DNA of 60,047 nt, counting the filler, from Ionaspis alba (lineage: Eukaryota): the NCBI GenBank assembly GCA_964255285.1. It is 7 parts of 7 records of this genome, joined end to end, with 100 filler letters (N's around TTAATTAATTAA, not from the genome) between each part and the next. Parts side by side here need not be neighbours in the genome. Positions count along the whole stretch, not along the records: positions 1 to 8,517 come from CAXUUL010000736.1; positions 8,618 to 17,133 come from CAXUUL010000737.1; 5 more parts are not named here. One strand, given 5' to 3'. The notes below the pieces were generated by a model. The model did not search any database. It saw nothing but the letters and a program-made list of their open reading frames with translations, and was not told the origin of the DNA. Each line of letters opens with the position of its first letter. Positions within the stretch are counted from its first letter, which is position 1. Shown here piece after piece: positions 1 through 14,600 of this stretch. Both the position numbers and the translations under genes were made by a program.

Positions 1-171
1 ATCTTCCCCTCACTGAATGTATTGTGGCACAGTCGTGAGAAAAAATTCCCGAATATGCTTGTCCAATCGAGGACAGGCGAGACGTCGAGGTTGTATTTGT
101 AGCTAGGTAGACGAGAGGCTGGAATAGAACGAGAGCCGTGGAGAAGGATAAGCGTAAGAAAGTATACAATT

Positions 172-735
172 TCATGACCACTGTTTGCCGTGCTCTTTCT
201 CCTTCAACCCACCCATTCTTTCAAGGTCTAGCGACTGAAATCGATCGGACTCGCTGGTCTGGTAGCGCGGCAAAAACTCTTCAGAGTATGGTTCGAGGCC
301 AACACCTCCCTTGTCGCTGATCTTGACTACCACAACACGACCCGACTTGCGATTTCCGGAATGGTCTTCCTCGTCCGGGAAAGTGATGCGGATTTCTGGG
401 ACTGGGCTAGCGGGTGGACTCGCAGAGTCGTCGATGAAGGCTTGCTTCTCGTTATGAACGAAGGCACTTTCGGATTTGCGACCGTAAGGTGATGCTGTGA
501 TGGTAAGGCGACGATGGTTGGACTTGCGGCCGCATTTAGAGGAATTGTAAAGAGGGAGTTCGGACTTTCGTTGTTGTTTCTTGCGATGTGAACGTAGGAT
601 GAGGAGGGCGCCGATGAGGAGGATTCCGATGCTGACGACGACGACAAGGGCGATGAGGAGCTTGATCATAAGTGGTGTGAGTGTGCTCTCGGAGCCGGAG
701 TCGTTCCGCGCGACGAGGCGGGTGATGGTTTCCAT
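172..735 (-). CDS. Conserved fungal hypothetical protein with a single transmembrane helix
   Basis: 187-aa ATG ORF with a hydrophobic helix (LMIKLLIALVVVVSIGILLIGALLIL), a basic stop-transfer segment, and a PVPEIRITFPDE...SGRVVVV...FQSLDLERMGGLKEK tail typical of a Pezizomycotina hypothetical family. Confidence 0.7.
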   Translation of the reverse strand: METITRLVARNDSGSESTLTPLMIKLLIALVVVVSIGILLIGALLILRSHRKKQQRKSELPLYNSSKCGRKSNHRRLTITASPYGRKSESAFVHNEKQAFIDDSASPPASPVPEIRITFPDEEDHSGNRKSGRVVVVKISDKGGVGLEPYSEEFLPRYQTSESDRFQSLDLERMGGLKEKEHGKQWS

Positions 736-1659
736 TGCTAAGGGAATGTATGTTTATCGTGAGGTGAAGGAGTTGACGGTGGTGATCGGATGATCAAAAG
801 CGATTTCAAGAGGTAGCAGAGACGCTATGTTTGAGAGAATGCTACAATAGAAGAATTAATATGAGGATTTTCGATATTGTTTTCGTTCCTTGTCAAAGGG
901 AATGCTCACAATGGTGGTAGCTGCTGCAAACAAACAGTCGAGTTACACAACCGATAAACAATCGTAAAAGTCTGATCGTCGCAATTGAAGGTCTACTGAA
1001 GGAGTGACAGCGGAGTAAGCAGCTGAAAGAGTGAAGCTGCTACCCGCAAGAGTGATTGAGAAGTTCGTGATTGAGATGAAAGGAAAGACCGTTTGAAGGA
1101 AGAGGTCGGAGTTGGGGCTTTGGGGGTATCTTAGGAGTTGAAGGAGTTCGCGCAGCGCTAGCAGGGATGCACCCAAATTACAGAAGAGCTCGGAGCACGA
1201 AACAGCCGGCCAATCACAACTGGCGGCTCTATCATCTGGCTTTTTTCTGTCGGCGGCTAATTCCTGTATCCGTCCGCACCTTTTCGTATTGTTGTTCTCC
1301 ATTCGCGAAATCATGCCCACTTGCAATCCGAAGCCGAGAGACTCTGCAATCTGCAAGAGATGTCTCCCTGAAGACTCTGTATTTCTGTGTTACTACCAAT
1401 ATGCACGCCAGGAGGAGAAGGTATTCCCGGTCGTGCTCGTGATTATATGAAGCCCTATGCGATTTAAATGTTCCTTACAACTCTAACCGCTTACAGCTCA
1501 AACGCACCATCTTTTTCACTGGATATCTCCTCAATTCTGAAGATACTAGTAAGCTTCTGGCTCTCATTATATTTTCATTTTTATTTTTATTGCCAGATTC
1601 GGAGCTCATTTTTTTGCGTCCCACGATACATATGTGGCCTCTACAAAGCCATCTCCGCC

Positions 1660-3417
1660 TCATATATGCTCATCAAGTCTAACACGCTTCCCCGCCTCCG
1701 CCCCACCAGTATAAAGGAAGACACCTACACCACCGAGTAGGCAAAAAGCAACGAGCGATACCATAGCGGCCGCCCAATTGATCTCTTCATAAATGAAACC
1801 CGACCATGCGGGGCCAACGGAAGTGGCGAGGCCAAAGGCAGCACATAGGAACGAGTACACCAAGGCGTACGTCCCGGCATCGCTAAACAGATCTGGATTA
1901 TGCTCTTCGATGATATTGGCTTCATAGAGCATGTCGGCTGCAAGTGGAGTCAGGATGAGGTTCATTCCAGTGCCTGCATTTATCATCAGTCACCGTCTCC
2001 CCAACATGGGCAAAAATTCCCAAGTAACGAACCCAACGTAAAAAGAAGCATAACCAATCCCGCCTTCGCAACATTCGAGTCGTCACGAACCAAGGCCAGC
2101 AGCGCCAGCGACACAGACGCGATCGCAAAGCCTGAAAGAGATACCCTCTTCGGTCCGTAACGATCGGACACAGCCCCGAAAGCAGCTCCCGCGAGCGCGG
2201 GCACGGTCAAGGCTAGGAAGATAAAACCGACACCTTGGGAGTTCCAGCCGAACGTTCGGTTGACGAAGAGCGGAAGTATGGCGTCGAAGGAACAGATGAC
2301 GGTTCCGTAGGTGAAGCAGCCGTAGACGGCGGCCGAGAGTCGAGGGGAGCTAAGCAGGCTTGCCATTCTTGGGAATGCGTTGCGGAACCAGAAAGCAGGG
2401 TTGAATTTAGATTCGGAGGTCACTGGGATCTTCGTTTTTGGCGGCTCATCCGGATCGGTACCGTTCACGGTCGAGCTTCCGCTGGGCCGGTGTTCGCTAT
2501 CAGAGTCCTCTGCTGAATCACATTCATGATGGTTGTTTCCTGTCAAGCTGCTGTTGCGCAAGCGAGGAGAGCTTTCATTCGGCCTAGCCTGATACCGTTC
2601 CCTTTGTCCTCCATCTGAGAAAAATCGGGCCGCCGTCTTTTTCTCAATGATGATTATTCTGAGGAAGAGATCGAAGGCGAGGGCTGCGAAGACCAGTATA
2701 AAGACAGGGAAATAACCGGCTTTGGCATACACAATGCCTGCAAGGAAGGGAGAAACGAGAAAACCACCAGTCATGCCGCTGAAGACGAAGCCCATCCTAG
2801 GCTCACATCAGCTGGATGCTCCGATGGAGTCCGGCAGGATTTCGAATACATACCACGAACCGACCTCATCGGGGCTTACCGTATCTGCGATCAACGGTAG
2901 CCCAGCCGAGTAGACAGCACCATTGGAGGCCCCCTGGCAGAGACGTGCCACTACCAGCAACCATGGGGCCTCTGCCACACAGAACACTGCTGTTCCCACC
3001 AAGGCCAGCAGGCTGCCCAATATCATTGGCATCCGCCGATTTCCCAGCTTGTCTCCACCCCAGGCAGTGATGGGGGCAGCGACGGTCAACGATAGTCCGA
3101 AAGCCACCAAGAGCGCCGACAGCCAGAATTGCACATCCTTCTCACGCACGCCTGATCTCTCTACCAAGGAGAAGGGAAGTACTGGCACAACGGCGCCATA
3201 GCCAAAGCCATCCTGTATGTTTGGCCGTCAATAGGTGTAAATACCCGTAAAAATGGTACAGGGTTGGTCAGGGCGTCGAGGAAGTGGTATCGTGATCACT
3301 CCTGCGGGAAGGTCAACTCACATTGAAGGCTGCAACGGAAACGGTGAACCCGATCAGCCATTTCGAGGATCGGAACTTCAGCAGAACGGGCTTCGTCTCG
3401 AGGGCATGCTCGTCCAT
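1660..3417 (-). CDS. MFS transporter (vesicular amine transporter/DHA-like), 4 exons
   Basis: ATG at 3417 (MDEHALETKPVLLKFRSSKWLIGFTVSVAAFN) then a GTGAGT intron; later exons encode ~12 hydrophobic helices with MFS motifs GDKLGNRR, ARLCQGAS and GAVSDRYGPK; GT-AG junctions join ORFs 2808-3188, 1986-2795 and 1660-1986. Confidence 0.88.
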
Positions 3418-4068
3418 GACATGGACCTCCAGGAGATGGCTCGACAGCAGATGATGGAAGGCTCAGGAAAGATGCGGGCATATGGAGGGAGCTAAGTAGT
3501 GAGACTAATGCCCGACTCACAGCCCCCCACCAGATCTTTCTTGCAGGCTGACCTCATCAGCGTCAAGAATTGACTTTGGGGACAACGTGTTGGGTTCTTA
3601 CTCGTCGCTCGATTGTGTCCCTCACTGCACAATGGAGGAGCTCGCATGAACAACGGGATGGAGTCCGTCGAGTTGATAAGCGGAGTGATCTGAGCCAATC
3701 CAGCCATGCAATGTGCAGGACTGTAGTGCATTGGGTGAGCAACTCAGACATCTCATCAATCATATACCAAGCGCTGACCTGACCGAATGGAGGTCTTGTC
3801 TCCACATCAATCTCCTTGAATAGGAAATCATAGGATTCGTGCATTTCGAGTGGAGACCAGTATCCCGTCGGGAAAGCTCGGCCAGTCGCTAGCGCCCTTA
3901 GCGCCATGTCCGATGCGGTCAATTTGCACGGGAGAGTAACAGCTAGTTGCAACGAGTCGAGCAAAAGTGAAACTGTATTGAGATTTCCCGTCTCTTAGCG
4001 AGAAGGCTCCACTGGATCTCGCCTGAGAACCCAATCCTGCGGATATATCGACCCAGAAAGAGATTCGC

Positions 4069-4154
4069 CCTGCTGCGCACGAGTGTGTATCTTGCATCGA
4101 TCATGTATTGTCCTGCTGCGCACGAATCTGCATCTTGCATCGATCGTGTATTGT
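4069..4154. repeat. Tandem duplication, 2 x 43 bp, 4 mismatches
   Basis: cctgctgcgcacgagtgtgtatcttgcatcgatcatgtattgt followed directly by cctgctgcgcacgaatctgcatcttgcatcgatcgtgtattgt. Confidence 0.9.
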
Positions 4155-4610
4155 ATGATGCCATCCCCTAGTCATACGGCTCGGACCGCTTCCCCACCCG
4201 AAAAAATCAAAGCTTGCCGAGCTCCGCACATGGGATTCTCGGTAAAATCCATGCATTCCTTAGTTTCTGCGCTTGAAATTTTCCGCCACAAGGTATCATC
4301 AACTACGCAGAACTTCTCCGGAAAACTAGCTTCGATCTGATCTGGAACGCTAAGGGATAAACCTTATCTTTATGTTTGACCTTCTACTGTAGAAGTCAGA
4401 TCTACACGACGATAGCATTAAGATTAGTATTGGACCCCTTTGACTCAAATCCTTCACCTTCAAGACGCCATATCGAGACAATATGACCCATATGCCGATG
4501 CAGCTATATCAACGTCGAGAACCACGGCAGACTCGACTGCGTATATGCTTTCCAATCTTTCATTGTACGGACCAACCCCCGCATGCTGCATGTCGCCGGT
4601 GATCGGTTTC

Positions 4611-4820
4611 TCGTATTCGCTGAAATTGCTGGACCTAATGCACAAGCATAGATTGAACTAATGTANNNNNNNNNNNNNNNNNNNNNNNNNNNNNNNNNNN
4701 NNNNNNNNNNNNNNNNNNNNNNNNNNNNNNNNNNNNNNNNNNNNNNNNNNNNNNNNNNNNNNNNNTCGTATTCGCTGAAATTGCTGGACCTAATGCACAA
4801 GCATAGATTGAACTAATGTA
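4611..4820. other. 100-N scaffold gap flanked by an identical 55-nt overlap (assembly artefact)
   Basis: 4611-4665 is identical to 4766-4820 on either side of the N run at 4666-4765. Confidence 0.9.
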
Positions 4821-5114
4821 ACTCGTCCGCATCATCGCTGCTGCCCATCTCGTCTATCGTTGTGTATGCAATATGCGCTGTCTCCAACATCGTCGTTCCA
4901 AACCAAACCGAGACAGCATGGAAGATGATCGTCTTAGATCTATGTCACCAGCCCACTTGAGATGTGGGGCCGGGGGGTTGTTCTTCATCTTATATCTCGA
5001 GGCAAACCCAAGCTTAACCGGAGGTTCAACCCAGCTCTGTATACATCTCTATCACCTGCCCGCTGTTCAAGTTGTCCTGGTGTGCTTCTGTGACAGCGTC
5101 CCCAGACCTTGGCG

Positions 5115-6801
5115 ATGGGTTCATTAGATGTCGGTGGCCCTCCGACCGGATATTTCTACCGACACACCGACAACGAACCATATGCCTTGGTGAAATCTTG
5201 CTCGCCCCTCTACGTGGAAACAGTCAATGGCCAACGTATCCTCGATGCCACGGGGGGTGCGGCAGTATCAGCAGTTGGCCATCGCAATGCCCGTGTGAAG
5301 AAAGCCATCATTTCGCAGCTCGACGAAATAGAATATTGCCATCCGAGCTTTTTCAAAACAACAGCTGCACTGCAACTTGCGGACCTCCTGGTGGAGTCGA
5401 CCGATGGGGCATTGACACGAGCATGTTTCACGGCATCAGGCAAGTTGAGGAAGCTTAAACCCCATTTCTCGGAACTCCAAGCTAACGATATACCAGGCTC
5501 AGAGGCGGTGGAAATGGCGATGAAATTGGCACGGCAATACTTCCTTGAAATTGATCCGAACACTCGCCGTCATCGTTTCATTGCCCGTCAAGGCTCTTGG
5601 CATGGCTGCACCATCGGCACACTTGCGGTGGGCGACTTCAAAGTCAGGAAAGCCCCGTACATGCCACTCCTGCCGGAGAACGTTTCTCATGTCCTCCCCT
5701 GCCATACCTACCGTGGTCTGAAGAAGAACGAAAGCCACGAAGCGTACGTCGCGCGACTAGCCCAGGATCTAGAGGACGAATTCCAGCGCGTCGGTCCAGA
5801 AACAGTCTGTGCATTTATCGTAGAGCCAATCGTGGGAACGGTAAGCCGCATCCACAGGGAACTATTCCCCCAAAACCCCGCACGCTGATACGAGACACGT
5901 GCAGGCTCTTGGCTGCGTGCCCCCACTACCAGGCTATCTCGCAGCCATGAAAGCCGTCTGCGACCGCCACGGCGCTCTCTTCATGTACGACGAAATAATG
6001 TGCGGCCTCGGCCGTTCCGGCACCCGGCACGCCTGGCAAGCTGAAGGCACCCCACCGGACATCGAAATCGTCGGCAAAACCCTCGGATCCGGCTACGCGC
6101 CCATCAGCGCTGTCCTCATCAACGAAAAGGTCATCGAAGCCCTCCGCCGCGGAAGCGGCTGCTTCACGCACGGGCAAACCTTCCAAAACCTTCCAGTCGG
6201 CTGCGCCGCCGCCCTCGAGGTCCAACGCATCATCCAGGAAGATGATCTCGTTGCCAACGTCGCTCGCATGGGCGCCCTTCTAAGCTCTCTCCTCCACGCA
6301 CGCTTCGATGCACACCCCTACGTCGGCGATATCCGTGGCCGAGGCCTCTTCTGGTGCACTGAGTTCGTTGCCGACAGAGCCACCAAGGCGCCTTTCCCCG
6401 CCGCATTCAACATCGCGAAGCGCATGGCGAATCGAGGCCTCGAGCCCGGCTACGATATCAGTCTTTTTGCGGCGAACGGATCTGCGGACGGGTGGCTGGG
6501 CGATCATTTCTTGCTTTGCCCGCCGTATAATGTTAGTGAGGGCGATGTGGAGGAGATTGTGAGGAGGGTTGTTAAGGTTGTGGAGTCTGTGTTTGAGGAT
6601 GTGAAGAGGGAGGGGTTGGTGAAGGGGATGGTGGATGGCTTGTCTGAAGGGGAAAAGGGCGAGGCGTTGCCGAATGGTGCTGGGCCGGACGATGCGTTCA
6701 CAAGTGGGGGTAGGCCGGACGATAAGCTGATCAACGGAATTGATAGCATTAGTTGTACTGGTGTGATTGAGAGGAGCCAGAGCGCTCCGGTTGCGGCTTG
6801 A
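5115..6801 (+). CDS. PLP-dependent class-III aminotransferase, 3 exons
   Basis: Motifs ILDATGGAAV, SGSEAVEMAMKLARQY, SWHGCT, AFIVEP, DEIMCGLGRSG, PDIEIVGKTLGSGY (PLP lysine), HGQTF, DIRGRGL; introns 5440-5496 (GC-AG) and 5841-5903. Confidence 0.92.
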
Positions 6802-7232
6802 GAATGCAGTGGGTGACGCTGATGACTACATGCGTCGATAGCGCCATTTATAAAATATAGAGCCATGAATCGGTTGAGGAAAGATTCTTTGCCGCAAAGA
6901 TAGATCATTTCGCGAAACCTTATCTATAAAGCAATTCACCTTGCAAATCTCTACCCAGACACTCTCCTTATCCAATTTGGGTCCTCGCCGAGCCTGGTGG
7001 GTGGAGCTATCAAACATCTGAGATGCTCTTTTCTATATTGCCCCACTGAAATCGATGACTGCTCAGCTCCAAGCCAAAGCGATGCGCCCTTCAAGTGGAG
7101 GACACCTTGCATCTGATCAACAGCTGGCTGCGATTGGCATTGCGCGAAAGACTCCTTTGAAAATGATAAGAAGCACTCAGCTCTTCGTGTTCACCAGCAT
7201 TGCTCCAAGATTTCTCCGACACTTTTACTGCA

Positions 7233-8517
7233 ATGGCAGGACTATGTGCAGGTTCGAATTTCCCAAATTGTTCTGAAGTTCAACCTTACATCAAACCTGA
7301 TCCTGATGTCGCTGGGATTGGTGTACTTGTATCTTTCGTCATTTCTGCAGGCATAACCCTCCTCGCATCTCTTACAGGTATCATACTCGATGTTTTACCG
7401 CGGAAAATCGATGTGCAGAGAAAACGTTCTGTGGAAAATGCTCCGGCGACTGTGAGCGTGAGGAATACCCGTCCGTCTAGTACTGGCTCAGCAGAAGCTC
7501 CACCGGATGTCAGGAGTACCGATCCCACAAAACCATCGATGAACACAAAACTTCGCCTTCGTCGTCGCCTTGAGGTCAGCGACGAGAGACGAGAGTACTG
7601 GGCCACCATCATCGAACGATTCGTACTCAGTCTGGCCGATCAACAACTTATCATAGGAACCGCCATACTGCTTGTGGGTTTTATTGAATGTGAGATCACA
7701 GTATATCATTTTACGATAGTAAATGATCTGGCATGGCTGTCATCGAATACACGCCTTACTGCCATGTCAATCATCTCGGACTATCTCAGGGAATACCCAG
7801 CCGCTCGACTGTGGAGGGTTTCAGTCATGATACTAATGGCAATTCTTCTATTTATTTCGACAATCTTTTTGTTCCACAAGGACTGGCTTCCCCCAACCCG
7901 CTTATTGCCTTTTTCAGAGCATCCAAGGAAACATCATTGCCTCGGATTCCGCGTTCTGGATGGCATACATTGATGCTCTGCTATTATATGGCTATGCATC
8001 AGCAATTATTCCACTGTTCCCGGGAGTGTACGCACCGATTCGAGACTTTGGGAAGAAGTGGTTGGGGCAACCTCTGAAAAGATTCTTTAGGTGGTCCACC
8101 AAAGGTATTATGAAATATTTGCGGCTCAGAGACCGGACAGCCAAGATCTTGTCATTCTTAACTTCTGGTCCGCTACGAAGCCTCTACTTCAATATAGCCT
8201 GGTTCGCTTGGGCCTTGTACAGTCTTTTCAATGACCGGGACGCTGGGAGTCGAAAGATGGACCCCTCCAAGAATAATGACCAATCTGCCTGGGGATTCGG
8301 ACAGCTTTTGCCTATGTTTCTAATCTTCTTGCCCATTGTCACTGCGTTCGAGATCTTTTATGGTATTCCGAGTATCTTTTGTTCAGAGCTTGATCATTTA
8401 CTAATAAATGATGACAGAGGAAACACGAGAGTTCGTTGCACGTAAACAGTCAAAACTGACAGCTCGATCCAAGAAAATTGCGGAAACCCAGCAAACCCTT
8501 CAAATCGGTGCTGGCGA
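7233..8517 (+). pseudogene. Multi-pass membrane protein of a common fungal hypothetical family, with an internal frameshift; 3' end truncated by linker
   Basis: Motifs DPDVAGIGV, LADQQLIIGTAIL, YHFTIVNDLAWLSS, WGFGQLLPMFL; the frame changes near 7890 (HKDW to QPAYCLF) with no usable intron. Confidence 0.6.
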
Positions 8518-8617
8518 NNNNNNNNNNNNNNNNNNNNNNNNNNNNNNNNNNNNNNNNNNNNTTAATTAATTAANNNNNNNNNNNNNNNNNNNNNNNNNNN
8601 NNNNNNNNNNNNNNNNN
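8518..8617. other. Artificial contig linker N44-TTAATTAATTAA-N44 (repeated at 17134-17233, 25743-25842, 34349-34448, 42943-43042, 51499-51598)
   Basis: Identical 100-nt spacer whose palindromic core has stops in all six frames. Confidence 0.97.
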
Positions 8618-10630
<2,013 letters not shown>

Positions 10631-11643
10631 ATCGTGGTGGCGTCACTTCTGCGACCTCGAAGTAGAAGGGGACGGCTGTTGAGCTGCTTTTCTATCACGC
10701 TAGATCGCGATCAAGTGATGTAGGATGTGTTGGCACTGTTGTAAGGACCGCGCATTGGCTGGAGGCTACACGGAGAGCCGATCTGAACGAGAGACGAAGA
10801 CCTGAATGTGAACTGATCTGAGACTTTGGCAACTGTTTCGAATGTCGTTCGGTTTAGGGTCTGGAGCATGAAGCCGCTAAACGTGTTGGTCCCGCCGAGA
10901 AACGTGGGAATGCAGTGCTGATTGGTGGAGATGGAGCCCTTTAGATGCGAGAATGTGGGTTGAAAACTTGTATCACAGTACACATGGTTGAGTTACGATG
11001 TGGTGATGCTCAATATGGATGGAATTTGAATTACAGAGGGGCACAGGTAGCCAGACTACGGTGAGCCAGCTTTGGAGCAGTGAAGTAGTGACGATGGTGC
11101 AAACGTGATCTACATCTGGTAGTCTACCCGTCGTGATTGTTCAATATCCGGGCGGCTGTGTGCTACGTTACTTTCACATCACCGGGCAAATGAGTCGGGA
11201 GTAGGTAGGTGGCGCATCCATCGTGGATCAAGACGCCTTGTGGTCTCAAACCGGCTTTCCTCTCGTGCAGCTGCTTCTTTCCAAGCGTGCTTGCCAAGAA
11301 AGGGGCTGAAAAGCTTCAAAGTTCGCTGAGGTTGGGCTTCCATGGCAATGTCTTCGTGCACAAAGGCCATAGTGTTATTATGTCGGGCTAATCTCATTAT
11401 TGAAATTGCCGACTGAGAAATCCACAACTGCCGGGAATTATCTCCAAGAACTATATCCAAGTTCTCATAACTTCTATACAATTAAGGCTGAACCATTTCG
11501 CCGTGTCTAATGCACTGCTAGCTATGGGTTATGACAGTTCAGAGGATCTTCATGGGCTCCGTGGCGTTCTATGAATATAAAGCCTGACTCTTAGACGTGC
11601 CGTTGACGTACAAAGCGTCGCTCTTGACTCTTCAGATAAATAT

Positions 11644-14600
11644 TTACTTGGCTGTCACAGCGGCTGTCCACTTCTGCTCATCCTTCCTGCTTGAACATCA
11701 GTAAACCTATTCAGCCGAATCTGTTAAAGGAAATAACACGAACCTGTCGAAGTGAAGAAGCATGCCTAGGACAGGAATTAATTGCATCTGATGCTTCTTG
11801 TCTTTCTGCTCCAGAAACTGCAGCAGCACGTTCTTGAGATACACGTAATCCATGGACGGTGAAGCTTGGTCGTTTGTCAGACCGTCGCTCATTGCTCCGG
11901 CATGACTCCTGTTCTGTGGCGCTGGAGATCCCATCTTGCCTCTGGTCTGGGATGAGTCGAAAGACGAACGAGGTGACTGTGCCTGCGAATCGAGGGCTCT
12001 TGTCTTTGCTGCTTGTATCGAACGCACTTCATCTGCCATTGACTGTGCAAAATGTGTATTAGCTGAGGGCAACTTGCAGAACGAAAGTCCCTTTTATGAC
12101 GTACCTTGTTATTTTTCTGCAGCTTCTCAAGACGATGCTGCGTCTCTTCCACAGACCTCCGCAACTCAGCCTTCTGCTTCTCCAAGTCCCGTGCTTGTCG
12201 TTCGCTTTCGTCAAGAGCATCTCTAAGCTCGGCCATAGCCTTTCTGACTGCCTCTGCCTCTCGAACCGAGCCTTCGAGCTTCTGCTCGAGCTCTTCACGT
12301 CGCTTCTTCCAATCGCGCTGAGCAAGATCCAGCTCCTCCTTATCCTCCTCCGCTCTCTTGAGATTACGTTCCACATCCCTAAGCTTATTCCGCAACTCTT
12401 CCAATTCCCTTGCTCTTCGCCTACCCACGGTACTAGCTTCGTCTTCTGCCCGATCTCTCTCCTCAATGGCTGTTTCCATCCTTTCTTTCACCTCCCGAAT
12501 GCGTGAATCAGCTCGTCCTTCGACTTCAGCCAGTAACCTTCTCATGGTCTCGCCCTCCCGACTCCGTTCGTTGAGCAATCGATGTGCGTCGGCCACTTCC
12601 TCTTCAAGACTTTCGCAACGTTCCCGTGCTTCCTTCGTCTGCAGTGCCATTTCCGAGGTCTGATCACGCATGCTGCTCATCAGACTTTCTGCACTGACGT
12701 ACTGAGCGGTTTTAAGCTCTATCTCTTCTTTGAGAGCATCTCCATCCCTGGTCAATTTGGCGACAGAGTCCTCCAGCTCCAGCACTCTCGCCTTAGTGGT
12801 GCTCAGATCCTTTCGGGATTGGGCGAGGTCTCTAGTAACTTTGTCTAAAGACTGTGAAGCAGATCTTTTCTCGCTTTCCAGCCGCTGTAAATCTTGGCTG
12901 ACTTTGTTGCTACCGTCCTCGGCCTTTTGTCTCGTAAGTACCTCTTCATTGAGTCTCTTCGTCAATCTATTGATTTCATTGTCCCTGTCAGCCACGGTTT
13001 GTCTGAATTCAACAATCTTAGACTGAGCACTATCATGTTGAGCCTCGATCTTATGCAAATCTGCTATCTTTCGAGTAAGCTCTTCTTTGATGGTCTTAAG
13101 TTCGCCGTTCTCGGTTCTTAGAGTTGCTAGCTCAGGCTGCGCTTTTTGTAAGACCGTTCGAAGGTCAGTAAGATCCTTGAACCTAGATGAGGCCAATTGT
13201 TGAGCAACTGATAGGTCAGTCTGTAAGTTGGTAGCTTTAGTCTTGAGGTCTTCGAATTGTGAAACCAGCTCTTTGTGTGCGTTTTCTGAGCCAGTAGTGC
13301 TCGATGCATGCACAACACGCAGATCCGCAATTTCTTTTTCCAGATCTGCAACAGTCTTTTGCAGAGCGCCTTTCTCCGCGATAAGTTCTTTGACTTTATC
13401 TTTTGCCACTACATGCTCCTGACCAATGTGTAGCAGGTCATCACGCAAGGATTCGATTTCTTCTTGCATGTCCTCTCCATTCTTTACTTTGTTGTGAAGT
13501 CGGTCGATGGCAGCGTCTTTCTCTTCTAGCAAGATTCGAAGATTGATAAGCTCGCCTTGGAGCTTAGCCACTGTCTCATTTGGCATTGCAGAAAGGTTTA
13601 TTTCGCCTGGCGCTGTGGCCGCTGACTCCGGCTCCGTTGGAGTCGGTACACTCTCTTGTTCAGCGCTAGCTTTGCCGCCCTTTTTCTGCTTCTTCTTCTT
13701 CTTCTTACTAACCGATGGCTCCCCAACAGATTTGGTTTCACCATTTGCTGCAACCGCACTTTTAGACTGCTGCTCAAAGACCGGAGTGCTGGGTGGGTGT
13801 GAGTCAGCATTACGTGCTGACCGCTCTGATTGCTTTTCCAAGTCGACGATCTTTAGCTGCAAAGATTTAATTTTGATAGAACCATCCTCGATCTCGGATT
13901 TCAGTGTTCGCTCGTTATCTTCGGCTTGGGACAGTTGTTCCCGTAGTTTACTGAGGAGCCCATCCAGCGTACTGACGCGTTTGAGCCCTGTATCTCTGTC
14001 CGCTTGTATGTTGGTAATCCCTTTCCGTAACGAGTCAACTTCGGCTTGAAGGCGCGAGGCAGTAGTCACAGCTTCTTCTTTCTCCGCTGAGAGTCCCTTT
14101 AGCCTTTCCAGCTCGGATCTAGCTTCCTGGAGAAGCCTTTCGCGCTCTGAAGCCTGCTCTTTACTTCCAGGACTCGATTGCTCCTCCAATTGACGCACTC
14201 TGCCATCCGCAGCCTCGAGGTCAGCCTGAAGAATTTTTATACGATCATCCGAAGCTTGACGCTGTTCAGCCATTTCACTTTCGTATTTGTCTTTCCGGTC
14301 CCTCAAATGGTTGAGCTCTCGAGTGGCATCCTCCAGTGTCTGGACCATGCTCTGTGTAGATTCTCTAGCTACTGCTAAATCACCCTTGAGACCGGTGATT
14401 TCTTTGTGTAAGTCCGCAATTTCCTCGTTACGCTCGTTTAATTCAGACTCTAAACGTGGAAGCTCGCTCTCGTACGAAAAGAATTCTTCCGACGTTTCGT
14501 TCGCTGTTGGCGATTCAATAGGTTTTGCCTTTGGAGAGAATAGAGATATCCCTGGGATGGAAGGTGTTCGTGACTTGATTGAAGTGGGTGGCGACCTCAG

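Noticed and set aside
4611..4820. 55-bp direct repeat resembling an LTR or target-site duplication
   Set aside because: Exact copies abut both sides of a 100-N gap, consistent with a k-mer overlap left by scaffolding
3563..4835. Minus-strand ORFs in the MFS/aminotransferase spacer
   Set aside because: Fragmented, non-ATG starts and no recognisable family
8562..8573. Regularly spaced palindrome TTAATTAATTAA as a biological repeat or transposon target site
   Set aside because: Always centred in exactly 44+44 Ns; a standard six-frame stop linker
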